Below, piece by piece: positions 46,051-59,362 of a DNA stretch of 64,000 nucleotides. Position 1 is the first letter of the stretch; every line of letters starts with the position of its first letter. Position numbers and translations under genes: made by a program. This DNA is from Octopus vulgaris. Taxonomy: Eukaryota. The DNA lies in the NCBI GenBank assembly GCA_951406725.2, contig OX597814.1, positions 94,116,001-94,180,000 of the forward strand, read 5' to 3'. Below the pieces are notes generated by a model, which saw only the letters and a program-made list of their open reading frames with translations, was not told the origin of the DNA and ran no database searches.

Positions 46051-47198
46051 TTGGAACAAAAGGGAAGTACATTTAGTATTCTAAATATAACTTAAAGAGG
46101 AGAAAAAGAAAGGGAAGGGGAAGAGAGAAAGAAAGCAAAAAGACCCCAATGATGACCAAACCGCACCTGTGTTTATCTTTTTGATGTGGTCACAATCCTT
46201 AAACCCATTCTAATACAAAGGTAAATGACTAAATAAATAAATATATGGTGAATATGAAGCGGGATGCCCCTTCTTTCTCTCTCCCTCTAAATATCTGTCT
46301 ATCTGTCTGATTATCTAAGTATTTATCTATCATCCTATCTACGTACCAATATTTCTGTCTGTCCTCCTCCATTGTCTTGGAACCTCACCATAAAAAAAGC
46401 AATGTTCTTTTCTACCCTCCCCCCAAAAAAAATATCTGTTTTATATAAATGATCAAGCTATTTGTACCTTCACAAAATTGTATTTGACAAGTTCGAGAAA
46501 AGAACGAAAGCGCTATAATAAAATAGAAAAAAATTTACAAAATTTTGACGACTACCCAACCTTCTTATAGTCACTTTATACTATTTCAAAATAATCTTGG
46601 CAAGTTTTATGACCATACCCACTATGTTCTATCAACTCTCTCCTGCCCTTTCCTAAAAGACACAATCCTCTAGTCTTAGATATGGTAATTGATAAACAAG
46701 GCTAATAGATTAAAAGTGAACCAAAATCCTCCATTGCATTTTTCTTCCATTTTTTTTAATATTTATACCCCCAAAATTTTTTCTTGTTGTCTAGTAAATT
46801 CTAAGCTGAAGTGGCGGCAACATGGACTTTGTCTTCCTTCTTATTCTATTAGAGTTTTTAAATAAAATTATATTAATGTGTCCGAGTGATTAAAAAATTT
46901 TATTTGTTAACTTATGCAGCAGAGGATAGCCCTGCATTTAAAATGATATAATGTTTGCATTGTTCAATTAAATGAAGCCGCTTGAAACGGTCGTACTGCA
47001 TCACTTCTGGATATCCTGTTTCTTATTTTGCTTTTATTCATTTTATTTTGAGTTGTACGGACACCACCGCACTAATTTTTGGTGCTTCAACTTAAATACC
47101 TAATTCAACTGAATCTCAATTATTTTGCTATATATATGTATATATGTATGTATGTATGTTGGTGTATGTATGGGTATGTATATATATGTATGTGTATG

Positions 47199-47257
<59 letters not shown>

Positions 47258-47280
47258 ATGTGTTTCTAACTGTCTAAATG

Positions 47281-48190
47281 TAACTGCCCGAAATGATAGC
47301 AGCATCTTGTTACTTGACTGAAGAAAGAAGGCCACGAATAACCCGCCCTTTTTTCCCTGTCCTTCTAATTGTTGTTTTTCCTCTTCGCCTTTGCATCATC
47401 CACCTGACCGAATGTATTATTGTCCTCTATTGCATTTTCTTCCATTTTTATAGTTATATATACATATAGCGGCGTACGTACACACCTGTGCTCAAATTAT
47501 ATGATAGTAAGTATGTATATAAATTGTGTACGACTCTTTTCTCGTTCCCTCTCTCTATCTCACATTTCTTGGCCCTCTCTTTAACTCCCACTTTTCCTCC
47601 TTTATCTCTCCTGTACCTTTCCATGTGTCTCTAATATTTTTCTAATCTTTCAATCCCGCTACCCCTACCCCTCTCCCCTCTTTCCACGTGACTGGTGTCC
47701 AGCCAGCCATGACCTTTCTTTCTTGGTCTGACTGCCGACCACCAACAGCACTTATGTCCATATTCTATGTTCCAATTTAATTAGTTCTCAGTCGAAAGAT
47801 ACATGTTGTTATATTCTTGTTGTTTGTATTTGTAATTGTGTACCATGTTCTGTATTTTTGTCCAAGTTGCCGTATACATTCGCTTGCTTTCTTACAAAAA
47901 AATCCAATGATCTTAGCTTAGACTTTTTTGGAGGCAACCAGATCGAATTGTCTCAAGTGTAACTACCCGAAATGGTAACAACATCTGATAACTTGACTGA
48001 AGAAAGAAGGCCACGAATTACTCGTCCTTTCTGTCCCCGTCCTTCTAATTGTTTTTATTTACCTGTCTACCTTTGTATTGTCTATCTGCCCGAATGTTTT
48101 ATTGTCCTCTATTGCATTTTCTTCTATTTTTAAAAATATTTATATATATACATATAGCGGTGTACGTACACACTTGTGCTCACCTAATAT
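47281..48190. repeat. Diverged ~220-bp direct repeats (47281-47500, 47960-48190) around a ~460-bp spacer
   Basis: taact.cccgaaatg.ta.ca.catct...acttgactgaagaaagaaggccacgaat...tattgtcctctattgcatttt...catatagcgg.gtacgtacaca.tgtgctca occurs twice. Confidence 0.85.
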
Positions 48191-48238
<48 letters not shown>

Positions 48239-48474
48239 AGCAAATGGGGAGTATTTGGATCGTAATTCTTCATTCTTTTCTCTTTTGTCTTTCTAGTTTC
48301 CGTACGAATCTTCTTTATTATTTTCTTAATGACCAGCATCCTTGTTTTTAAAATTTATATATAATGTATAAACAGAGTCTGAAACATTTTTTTTAGATAC
48401 ATGCCGTATTTTATAGTTGTGTCTCTTCAAGTATCATAATAGCATGAAACTCTTTGTAGCTCTTTTGTTGTGTA

Positions 48475-48518
<44 letters not shown>

Positions 48519-48519
<1 letters not shown>

Positions 48520-49803
48520 TTTATTTTAAGCAGCAGAAAATTCAACAAAATCTGTTACTCTGAGTTTCTCGTTGCCGTTCATCAGACAGTTTTTGCTAGA
48601 ATGGAACTTATATATTAATTCAATCTATACTCTTACAAACGCTACACCTTTAAAAAGAAATGGACTTGTTTGATTGGCCCTTTAGAAAAAACGGTCAATC
48701 TTCGAGCGATAAACAAAAAGGTCAAAAATATATGTATATATATATAAAAAAACTTATAAAAATTATAAAATCCGAGGAAAAAACCGAGGAAAAAACCGAG
48801 GAAAAAACCTATTGCCGTTAATGAAGACAGTACAAATTAACGCATAGAAATTAAACCTGTTATAAATACTGCAATACATATTTATATTAAAATCTACATA
48901 TATATATCAACATACACAAAAGGATGCGCGTAAACGCCATACATACATATACAGACGTATGAATATGAATCTAAATATACACATAAAAGCATGTGTACAT
49001 ATATTCACGCAAACCGTCTCGCACGCAAGCTAAAATTCATCTATGCAGCAATTCTCATATACTGAGCAAGGAGGGGGAACGAAAGAAAGGGAAAGAGAGA
49101 AAAAGGAACGAAGGAGGGGTGGGGAAAAAACTTGTAACGATGTTATTGGCATCTATAGAGACCAGTATACATACACAAGTTTGAATTGATACATATACAT
49201 ACCGTCGTGTATATGTGTGCTTAAGCACAAGCATAATTTCACTTACACATACACAGATACGCATGCTTACAAATACATATGCTTTGCTATACACATACTT
49301 ATATAAATATTCTAATTTTGACAACATTGCTTTTTTTTAAAATAACATTGCTTTTAAAAAATGGGTGCATTAATAAAAATATATACGAAAGACATATAAA
49401 ATAAAATATAACATCCTATTTTGGGTCATTTATAAATAATCAAGGTAATATAAATAATCAAGGTAATCCTATGCAATACAATAACATGAAAACAAAGTTT
49501 GTAGGTTTTTCCTAATATATATGTAGAAACATAAGACTTTGCTATAAATCCGTCGTAGCGCTCAAGAGTCAAAATCAAAATCAAAAATCAAAAATACAAA
49601 ATATATACTCTATCCATATGGTATATTTATATTCGACATTTTAAATTTAGCCGCGTGCCTACATAAGTTCATTAACTGACTTCTTTGATTCAAAGAATTA
49701 TTGTCTTTGAATAAGATGTGCATTTTCTCTAATAGGCAAAGTCTGCACTTGAAATTATATTTGTAAGCTCCATGCCTGTATGGTGCCGCCCTGTCCAGAA
49801 TGC
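48519..49803 (-). mobile_element. Penelope-like element 3' part: GIY-YIG C-terminus, long 3'UTR, terminal hammerhead
   Basis: RAAPY...CRLCLLEKMHIL...LNQRSQLMNLCRH..KF (49610-49800). Hammerhead on minus strand 48547-48594 matches 42044-42090. Assignment of the intervening 1 kb to the element is inferred. Confidence 0.75.
48547..48594 (-). ncRNA. Minimal type I hammerhead ribozyme (copy of 42044-42090)
   Basis: Reverse complement reads aaaaactgt-CTGATGA-acggcaacga-GAAA-ctcaga-GTA-acagatttt. Confidence 0.7.
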
Positions 49804-49819
49804 TAACGTGACATGGAGC

Positions 49820-50016
49820 ATGGAGCACGCCGGGCGAAATGCGTAGCTGTATTTCGTTTGCCTTTGCGTTCTGGGTTCAAATTCCGCCGAGGTCCACTTT
49901 GCCTTTCATCCTTTCGGGGTCGGTAAATTAAGTGCCAGTTATGCACTGGGGTCGATGTAATCGACTTAACCCGTTTGTCTGTCCTCTCTGTGTTTAGCCC
50001 CTTGTGGGTAGTAAAG

Positions 50017-50020
<4 letters not shown>
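49820..50020 (+). mobile_element. SINE (ttctgagttcaaattcc family)
   Basis: Reverse complement of 15065-15295. Confidence 0.85.
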
Positions 50021-50068
<48 letters not shown>

Positions 50069-50951
50069 ATGTGTGCACATGATTAAATGCCTATAGATAT
50101 ACACATGCACATCACCAGTCACCGAAACATATATGTGTGTATTTGAGCCTATCTGTATAACGTCCAAAGTTTAATTTGTCGTTCAATTTCGTTTGGCGCA
50201 TATTCGACTTACCTCGCTTTTTATACTTATCTGTAATTATCTGCAATTAACCAATCATGATCATTCTGCTAATCCCTTTATCTTTGCACCATAAGTTTGT
50301 GCATCTTCCTCTTCTTTAAATTCCATTCTGGAACAAAAGTAGAATCTTATTCTCTAACGTCTTTCTCTACAATATTCTGAATACTCCATTAGATGACTGA
50401 GAAACAACTTTGTATTCTTCTTTTCTGCCATATCCCATTAACTGCTTGTTAGTTCTATCTCATTTATTGACTCTCTGGTGCTCTCTAATTGTTACTTTGA
50501 TATATATTTGCCTTGTGCTAAAATTGTATTTTATTCTTTTTCTCTCTTCTTTTTCCATTCTTTCTACTCCCCCTTATTATTTTTATACTCCTTTCAAGTA
50601 TTAACCTATTTCTTGGGTAATGTTTCTAGCCTGACCTTGGCGGCTGGGGACTAAATAATGCTTCTCATTAGAACAGCAACAGAAGAGAGAGAAGGCTTTC
50701 CGATTCGAGGCTTTGAGTGGGTCTAATTCGTCTGACTGTGAAGCTTCAATTATTTAATAATATGTGACTGAGTATTTCACAGGCACATGTACCCCTAACA
50801 TAATTCTCGTAATAAATGTGTGGATACCGGCCTATGCTTTTGCATTACAAGTACAATCCGATTACACCCTGCTCAACAAGTAAAAACACACCAGATAGTA
50901 TTTCGGCGAGTGCGACAACTTAGCAAGTACTGACATAGCAAGTACGAACTA

Positions 50952-51024
<73 letters not shown>

Positions 51025-51153
51025 TTTAACAATTAAGGATAACTTCTTAATAAGGAATCTTAACAATAAATTATCAGGTAGTTAGCGTGAAAAACCTCAT
51101 AAAAGAAAAGAATTCGAAAATAATTTTTTTCTTTTGAACAAATTAATTATATC

Positions 51154-51220
51154 TATATTGTATAGAGGGCATTATTACACATAAATGTGTAATACATTTA
51201 TGTGTAATAATGCCCTCTAT

Positions 51221-51228
<8 letters not shown>
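51154..51228. repeat. Perfect 35-bp inverted repeat, 5-nt loop
   Basis: tatattgtatagagggcattattacacataaatgt-gtaat-acatttatgtgtaataatgccctctatacaatata. Confidence 0.95.
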
Positions 51229-51267
<39 letters not shown>

Positions 51268-51294
51268 GTCTGTGTGTGTGTGTGTGCATATAGT

Positions 51295-51668
51295 GGAGGC
51301 ACAAGGGCCCAGTGGTTAGGGCAGCGGACTCGCAGTTTCGATTCCCACACCGGGCGTTGTGAGTGTTTATTGAGCAGAAACACCTAAAGCACCACGAGGC
51401 TACAACAGGGGGGGGGGGGGGGCTTGGCGAAGCCTGCTGTACTCTTTCACCACAACTTTCTCTCATTCTTTCTTCCTATTTCTGTAATACCTGTATTTCA
51501 AAGGGTCATCCTTGTCACACACTGTGTCACGCTGAATCTCCCCGAGAACTACGTTAAGTGTATGCATGTCTGTGGAGTGCTCAGCCACTTTCACGTTAAT
51601 TTCACAAGCAGGCTGTTCCGTTAATCGGATCAACTAGAACTCTCGTCGTCGTAACCGACGGAGTGTCA
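51295..51668 (+). mobile_element. tRNA-derived SINE (third family)
   Basis: ggcccagtggttagggc (A-box-like), gtttcgattccc (B-box-like); body shared with 14765 and 31320. Confidence 0.75.
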
Positions 51669-51676
51669 CGTAATGA

Positions 51677-51814
51677 GCATATATATATATAAAGAAAAAA
51701 AGCATTCGTGAAGTAAAATCACGTAGCAACACCGAATGGCGGTGCCCGAGCATGGCCACAACTCGTGAGCTGAAACTAGATAAAATGAAAAAAAAAATAA
51801 AATGAAATATATAC

Positions 51815-51877
<63 letters not shown>

Positions 51878-52120
51878 TATATATATACATATATAACAAT
51901 TTAGGAGTAACCCTAACAGGTCATTCGTCCACCAGAAAGAGCAGCCATAACTCACACCGCCAAGTAGTAGTAATTCAGAAATTAGGTGAAAATTTAAAAA
52001 CATTTACCCTAATTCATCTTTTAGACGATGCATCGTTTCTGTGTCATTCTGTGTCTTTTCCACTAGGCCGCTGGTAGCGATAAATTTCTATTGAATTTTT
52101 TTGCTACCCTAAATTGACTA

Positions 52121-52196
<76 letters not shown>

Positions 52197-52320
52197 TTCA
52201 TTTTTTTTTCATTTTATCTAGTTTCAGCTCACGAGCTGTGGCCATGCTGGGGCACCGCCATTCGGTGTTGCTACGTGATTTTACTTCACGAATGCTTTTT
52301 TTCTTTATATATATATATGC
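51677..52320. repeat. Large inverted repeat (~140-bp unique arms plus (TA)n) around a ~220-bp core
   Basis: 51677-51815 vs 52185-52320 are near-perfect reverse complements; part of the arm also occurs at 33755-33825. Confidence 0.9.
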
Positions 52321-52328
52321 AGTAAAAT

Positions 52329-52842
52329 CTCAGTAAGTAAAAACTTAACAAGTAACATTTCAGCAAGTGCCATGACTAAGCAAGAACTGACATTCACACA
52401 CGTACAGAAACACACACACACATCTATACACATACACACTCGCACATATTTACACACACACACACACGCATATGTACACACAAATATACACACGCACATA
52501 TACATACACACACATACACACACATATACACACGCATATATATACACGCATATATATATATATATATGCATACATACATATATGTATGTATGTGTGTATG
52601 TGTGTATATATATATATGCGTGTGTGTGTATGTGTGTGTATGTGTGTGTATGTGTGTGTATATATATGTGCGTGTGTATATTTGTGTGTGCATATGCGTG
52701 TGTGTGTGTGTGTAAATATGTGCGAGTGTGTATGTGTATAGATGTGCGTGTGTGTGTGTGTTTCTGTACGTGTGTGAATGTCAGTGCTTGCTAAGTCATG
52801 GCACTTGCTGAAATGTTAATTGTTAAGTTTTTACTTGCTGAG
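52329..52842. repeat. ~510-bp quasi-palindrome with (CA)/(TG)-rich interior
   Basis: ctcagtaagtaaaaacttaacaagtaacatttcagcaagtgccatgact.agcaag.actgacattcacacacgtacagaaacac... is mirrored at the right end; centre near 52580. Confidence 0.9.
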
Positions 52843-53297
52843 TTGTAATATACCCCCACCCCGCACAATCCACCCAAATGGAATCTATTCAGTTTCATTT
52901 TACCACTTCGACTAACAAGGTATGTGTCGACCCTTAGTTATAGAAAATTAATTGTTAGCTTTGTCGTATACATTACTCTATATACATACAGCATTTGCAT
53001 ATCATAAATGACGGGAAGGGTTCTGAACGTTTATTAGAAATGTGTCTGAACATGTTCCTCAGCTAAACAAAAAGTGGACTGATTAAAAAGTAGCCACTAC
53101 CATGCAGGCGTAAGTCACCACACAGACGCCTTTTTCATTTTGTTTGAGACTTCAGTGGCCTAAATCTATTTAGGTAATAGAAGGAAGAATTAATTAGAAA
53201 ATAATGACAGAAAGTCTAAGAGAACAAAAAATAAAACAGAGAAAGTAGTTTAGATAAATGGAAAAAAGGAAATGAGTGCAGTAAGTATAAGTGTACG

Positions 53298-53690
53298 GGA
53301 TCTTTACCCTTTGAAATGCAAATCGAGAAATTAATTTTTTGTAAATAAACACTTTCAAATTTTGGACACTGGTAGAATGCGTCATATAAAACATCTTTTA
53401 CTCTTAATGTTGTTGAGAAAAGTTTATATTTTCAAAGTTATTTCGTGTTAAAGTTGTCGTATTTCGATAATTTCAACCATTCAATGACGTGTATTCAGCT
53501 GAATAAATTTACTGCCGTTGTTTGTCAACAACAACTATCGGCGGTGTATATTTCGTTTGTCACTGTTATTTATGACATCGTTCGTGCGTTTGTACTGGTT
53601 TTAACTTTAGGGTTTTAAGGTTAGTGTTTTAGGGTTAGGGTTAGGGTTAGGGTTTTTGGGTTAGGGTTTTAGAGTGAGGGCAAATCAGAG
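53298..53690 (+). mobile_element. MITE related to 37760, carrying degenerate (TTAGGG)n
   Basis: Starts ggatcttt; shared body; ttagggttagggttaggg at about 53605-53680; right TIR not found. Confidence 0.7.
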
Positions 53691-54296
53691 TTATTGGAGT
53701 CGCTCGTCTTTGCCTGTCTGTGTGTTTGCAAAATTACTGGAAAACGGCAGAATGGATTTTCTCCAAATTTGACAAAAATACGCATTTGATGATTGGCGCG
53801 AAGTCATTAAATTTTGGTCTGATTATCTTCAAAATTGGCCGACGGCTGAATCAAAATTATCATTTTTTTTTTTGCATATGTTAACGATAAGCAGGACAAA
53901 TAACTCTTTAATGTCATTTTGTTGAACTATGAATTCATCTGAGAATATATCTATTACATTAAATTTTATTGTATCCTTGTGTACACGCAGGGTATGCATC
54001 GCCCCTCCGATGCCTTATTTTTCATTGATTATTGTAATAACGTGAAAAGAATTGAGCAAGTATAAAAATCTTTTTACCTGATGTGAAGCGATAATCTTCA
54101 TTAGAATTTCAGCCGTAATCAATCGGTTTTTAAAACATACATCCTCATGTATAGAATCAGAAAATGTGTCACTGATTCTATGTAACAAATAGATTCTTTT
54201 ACGCGGGGGCACGTACGCTTGTGTGTGTGTGCGCGCGTGCGTGATGAAGAGAGACAGGCAGAATGAACAAGTAAAACATGTGGTATCACTTTAGAA

Positions 54297-56207
54297 CAGG
54301 GTCACCAAACTGCGGCCTGTAAGCCGGATCCGACCTGCGAGGTCAGTTCATCCGGCCTGACGCTGCACTATACCTTTTGTGTAAGTACCTACTATGAAAG
54401 TTCATTCTTGCAGCGATCGTGCTTTAACTTGCATTGCCGTGTTTAAACATTCTGTTCGTGAGAATGTTTGCTGAAAATGAATGTCACTTGTACAAGTTAC
54501 AAAATAACGCATACGAAGGCAGAGCGAGGAAAATCGTTTACTAACCGCAACTTCATAAAAGAGTGCATGATGGAAGCAACAAATGACTTGTGTCCTGAGA
54601 AAGCCTGTTTGCTTGGAAATGATCATCCTTTCAACAAGTTTGGTTGTGGGGAGAAGAGAAGAACTTGGAGAGAGCATAGTGCTACAGATATGCGAGAAAG
54701 TTAGGAATTTCGTGTGGTATTCTCTGGCGCTGGATGAGTCTATTGATCTATCGAATACGTTAAAACCCTAACCCTAACCCTATCCTTCAGTAGAATCAGC
54801 TTCGATGAGTATACTGATCTTTCGAGTACGTCACGACTTCTTTTCATTTATGGTGTTGATTTGAACTTTCAGATCACAGATGTGTTGGCATGTGTGTGCA
54901 GCTTAAACAGAACAACAATTGAAAAAACTTTCCAAGGCTATAACCTTCAGTGGAATCAGCTTCGATGAGTTACAGTTGATGGAGAAATAACATGGTTGGA
55001 GTGAGGAAGGATGTGGTGGGGCAGATCAGGACTAAGTTGGAAGATCTTTTATACACTGCATTATACTTCAGCAAGCACTCTGTGGGGAAGACAGTTATTT
55101 ATTGTATACTGAAAGCACTCGTTCCTATGATGAACTTTATTCACGGTCATGTGCTTAATCACGACCGATTCCAAGCTTTTCTTCAAGACATTGATTCTGA
55201 ATTTTGTGACTTGCCTTATTACACAGCAGTGAGGTAACTCAGTTGCGATTAAGTCCTCTTTCATTTTCATAAGCTCCGAAGAGAAATAGATATTTTTCGC
55301 ACAGAAAAGGATAGAGTTGGTCCACTTCTGTCAGCTCTTACTCGGCTGCCAAAGCTGGCATTTTTGGTTGACATCACATTCCACATTAACTGAACACATG
55401 CCATTAAATTTTCAGGGAAAGGATAACCTCATCTGTGATCTCTACAGAAGCTTCAAAGGATTTCGGAGAAAGCTATCATTGTCTGAAATACAACTGGAAG
55501 GAGAAAAATTCTCTCACTTTCAGCGTTTTAAAGAGCTTCGCTCTGGGATTGCAGATGTCGACATTGAGCTGCCGAAAATGATTCTTCGTTATTTAAATAA
55601 GCATTTTTGGGAGAGATTTTCAGAATTCGACAGAACTGAGAGTGACATTTTTCTGTTCCAGAATCCGTATGACTGTAAACGTGATAATGTGTCAATCGAA
55701 CTGCAGGTGTTGTTCACTGATTTGCAAGGAAATGACTTGCTGAAAGAGAGGCACAGAGAAGGAAAACTTGTTGAATTATATCGCTGTTTGATTGAGGATG
55801 AGTTTTCAAATTTGAAGAAATTTGCCTCTGGCATGGCATCAGTGTTTGGAACAACTTATGCCTGAGAAGTTAGCACATCGAACGTGGTTGACTGATGAAA
55901 ATTTGAAAGGAATTCTTTTGGTTGGATGCAGCCATTCCAAAGCAAATATTGATGTCTTAAAATCTAAACAACAGTTTCACAAATCTCACTAACCTTAGTT
56001 TGTAAGATTCGGATAGGTGCGCAGTGGGTGTGATATAACTAACTTATTGTTAACGTCATCTTAGATAACTTTTTGGTAAATAAATATGTTGGGAGTCTTT
56101 ATTTTTTGTGTATCCATTGTATTGTATTATACAAAATGGTTATGCAGCCCGCGCTTGTCATTCTCTCAGTTATCTGGCCCACGGGGAAAAATGTTTGGTG
56201 ACCCCTG
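54297..56207 (+). mobile_element. hAT Buster/Charlie (GTF2IRD2-like) DNA transposon, internally deleted and decayed
   Basis: TIRs cagggtcaccaaac / gtttggtgacccctg; TSD ctttagaa (54289-54296) / ctttagag (56208-56215). Motifs GKSFTNRNFIKECM, YSLALDESID, TVDG..NMVG, DLPYYTAVR, LNFQGK, FQNPY, MASVFGTTY. Confidence 0.93.
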
Positions 56208-56659
56208 CTTTAGAGCATGGAGTTTATAATTTAAACATAATTATAGTGATATAACAATGGGGTGGAGTAAAAGATATGATAAAATAAGAGATTAAACTGT
56301 GCAGAAAGTTTCTTACAGCTGTTTCTAGAATAGCTGTGCAAATGTTACACGTCTCAACGAACACATATTCCCATAGAGAAGACAACTATACCGGCTTCAC
56401 AGATATAAAGGATATTACAAGTTGTCAGTTCCATCATCAAAGAATTCAAGGAATATGATCAATAAAGGATACTAGTTGTTATCAGTAACATTTTCGAAGA
56501 GAGCGTGAGGTAGATCATGAGTGGAAGTTTTGTGAGGGCCAAAGGATAGGATAAAATAAGACAGAGCCATGAATGCATGTGAACAGATAGGGACTAGCTG
56601 GTATTATGAAAGTATACCTAACTTAAATGTATAATCGCAAAAATCCCCATTGTATGCAG

Positions 56660-56970
56660 ATATGGCTGTGTGGTAAAAGGTTTACCCTCAATCACATGGC
56701 TCCGGGTTCAGTCCCACAGAATGATAACTTGGGCAAATGTCTTTTACTATAGCCTAGGGCCAACTAAGGCTCTGTGAGTGAATTTCGTAAACGGAACCTG
56801 AAACAACCCCGTCGTATATGTATTTGTGTGTGCGTGTGTGTCAATTTGTCCTCCACAACCGCTTGACAACAAATATTTGTGTGTTCATATACCTACAACT
56901 TAACGATTCGACAAAACAGACTGACAGAATAAGTACCCAGGATTTTTTTTAATAAGTACTGGGGTCGGAT
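56660..56970 (+). mobile_element. Diverged copy of 11222 SINE family
   Basis: tggctgtgtggtaa...ccgggttcagtcccac...tactatagcc. Confidence 0.75.
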
Positions 56971-56984
56971 TCTTATATATATAA

Positions 56985-57275
56985 AAGTGATGAGGGTAAA
57001 ATTATTATTAAAAAATTATAATTTATACCAGTGGTCAGCATACGTAAAAAGAAAGTCCAAGGACTACAAATTATATTCAAATATAAGAGGAAAGCCACTA
57101 AGTGGGTTCCTTACATGCTGAAAGTAGACGCCAGATCGTCTAACAATTATAAAAATGCGCGTTGGATGTACTCGCTCAAGACATTTGCTCCTTTTATATC
57201 TTTTAATAGTATTTTGCACGAGTACATCCAACGCGTCTACTTTCAGCATGTAAGGAAACCACTTAGTAGCTTTTA

Positions 57276-57280
<5 letters not shown>
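56985..57280. repeat. Fold-back element with taccagtgg (ccactggta on minus) tail
   Basis: 57091-57129 vs 57233-57273, and inner 57158-57173 vs 57219-57234, are reverse complements. Confidence 0.85.
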
Positions 57281-57313
<33 letters not shown>

Positions 57314-58349
57314 CAGAGAGAGAGACAGGCAGAAAGACATAGTAAGAGAAAGAGTGAGAGAAAGTTGTTGCTGCTCGGCCACTGGCTATTTGAGATTACA
57401 TGAATGGTATATTCGATATCCTCCTCAAAAATAATCAATGGTAGTAGACTGTCGATGCATTGATGTCTAATATGCACACCATACTAGTTTAGTAAATGAT
57501 GCAGACAATAGAAGTTTGCGTGATTTCCAGCCTCCAAAAATAATTAACTCCACTCTAAAGAGATCATCATCTCTAGTCTTCCGAATCCACAAGCTTTGCT
57601 TGCGCATCGGCATTACCAAATTCATTTGCAAACATTTACATGTGGAACTTGTTTTGTTTGATTTGATACATAGAAAATCTTTATTTTATCCTCAACTTAT
57701 AATATATTCCGGCTAAACTTATAGCTTCCGCATCCTTCTCATTCAAATCAAATCTTTCTCTAAATCTTATTTATAACTCCCCGCTTATTGATTTATTTGT
57801 ATTTCCCCTTCACTGCGTCCGGGGTGAAAAGAGATATACTACTACTACTACTACTACAACCGCTGTTGCTGACGCTGCTGCTGGTGATGCTGCCGCTGGT
57901 GCTGGTGCCGCTGCCCCTGCTGCCGGTAGTGGTGGTGCTGCTACTCTGTCTGACTCTTTTCCTGCTGCTAGTGGTTCTGCAACTGCCAAATTTCAATTTG
58001 TTTAGAAAGTTGCTGCTGCAGTTGCTACGCAAATGCTTCGCATAGCTTGATGTAGACTATCAGTACAGGCGCAACTAATCTATAGAAAGTTTAGGCAAAC
58101 ATGATTGTTATATTGCCAGGAAATACCGAATCCGTATATTTTGTATAACTGGTACCAGCTTTTTCTGTTCTTTCTAGTTAAATTAATGAGAAATGAAATA
58201 GAAGTATAGTAATGTTTTACATTAGTCCATAGGCTGACCAGGACTTTTTAAAACACATCCAAATCTCATTAATTATGTCGACAGTCACTAATAAAATACA
58301 GCAATAATGACAGAGCAAGCATGTTTTTCAGATACTACTACTACTACTA

Positions 58350-58432
<83 letters not shown>

Positions 58433-58619
58433 TCTAACTGGGCCCCACCTGCAAGGTCATGTGCTGTTTATCTTGATATGAGATCACCACATCGCGCACA
58501 TATGGTTGTGATGCATGCGCCTCGTGCACTCTTATCACACAGGTAGTCATGATGGGTATACTGGACTTCGTATATTTTTCCCCAGTGTCACTTTGTTGGC
58601 ATGCACTGCGCTCTCACTC
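58433..58619 (+). mobile_element. Short unique insert bounded by (AAT)n on both sides; probable 3' end of a TAA-targeting retroelement
   Basis: 187 bp of mixed sequence between two (AAT)n tracts, the same junction context as the R4-like elements; family not identified. Confidence 0.45.
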
Positions 58620-58693
<74 letters not shown>

Positions 58694-58698
58694 TGATG

Positions 58699-58757
<59 letters not shown>

Positions 58758-58863
58758 GAGGAGGAGGAGGAGGAGAAGAAGAAGAAGAAGAAGAAGAAGA
58801 AGAAGAAGAAGAAGAAGAAGAAGAAGAAGAAGAAGAAGAAGAAGAAGAAGAAAAAGAAGAAGA
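58620..58863. repeat. Compound (AAT)n(GAG)n(AAG)n microsatellite
   Basis: Direct reading. Confidence 0.95.
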
Positions 58864-58864
58864 A

Positions 58865-59250
58865 TCCTTTCTAATGCAGGCACAAGACCTGAAATTTTCG
58901 GATGGGAGGTAGTCGATTAGTCCGACCTCAGTACGCAACTGGTACTTAATTTATCGACCCCGATCAGAGGAAAGGTATAATCGACCTCGGCGGAATTGGA
59001 ACTCAGAACGTAGCGACAGGCGGAATACCTATTTCTTTACTGCCCATAAGGGGCTACACACAGAGGGGACAAACAAGGACAGACAAACGGAGTAAGTCGA
59101 TTATATCAATGCCAGTGCGTAACTGGTACTTATTTAATCGACCCCGAAAGGATGAAAGGCAAAGTTGACCTCGGCGGAATTTGAACTCAGAACGTAGCGG
59201 CAGGCGGAATACCGCTAATCATTTCGTCCAGTATGCTAACGATTCCTCCA
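58865..59250 (-). mobile_element. Composite SINE, same two-part arrangement as 3785-4155
   Basis: ggcacaaga..gattag..cgacctcagtacgcaactggtac...gaactcagaacgta..., followed by a second unit with gacaaacaaggacagacaaac. Confidence 0.8.
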
Positions 59251-59290
59251 ACTATTACTACTACTAATAATACTAATACTAGTAGTAGTA

Positions 59291-59362
<72 letters not shown>

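Noticed and set aside
53605-53680. Chromosome end or telomere fusion
   Set aside because: Short degenerate TTAGGG tract inside a dispersed MITE family.
57788-58045. Leu/Val-rich or Ser/Thr-rich ORFs (signal-peptide or mucin-like)
   Set aside because: Degenerate (CTA)/(CTG)/(GTG) triplet repeat; no splice or domain support.
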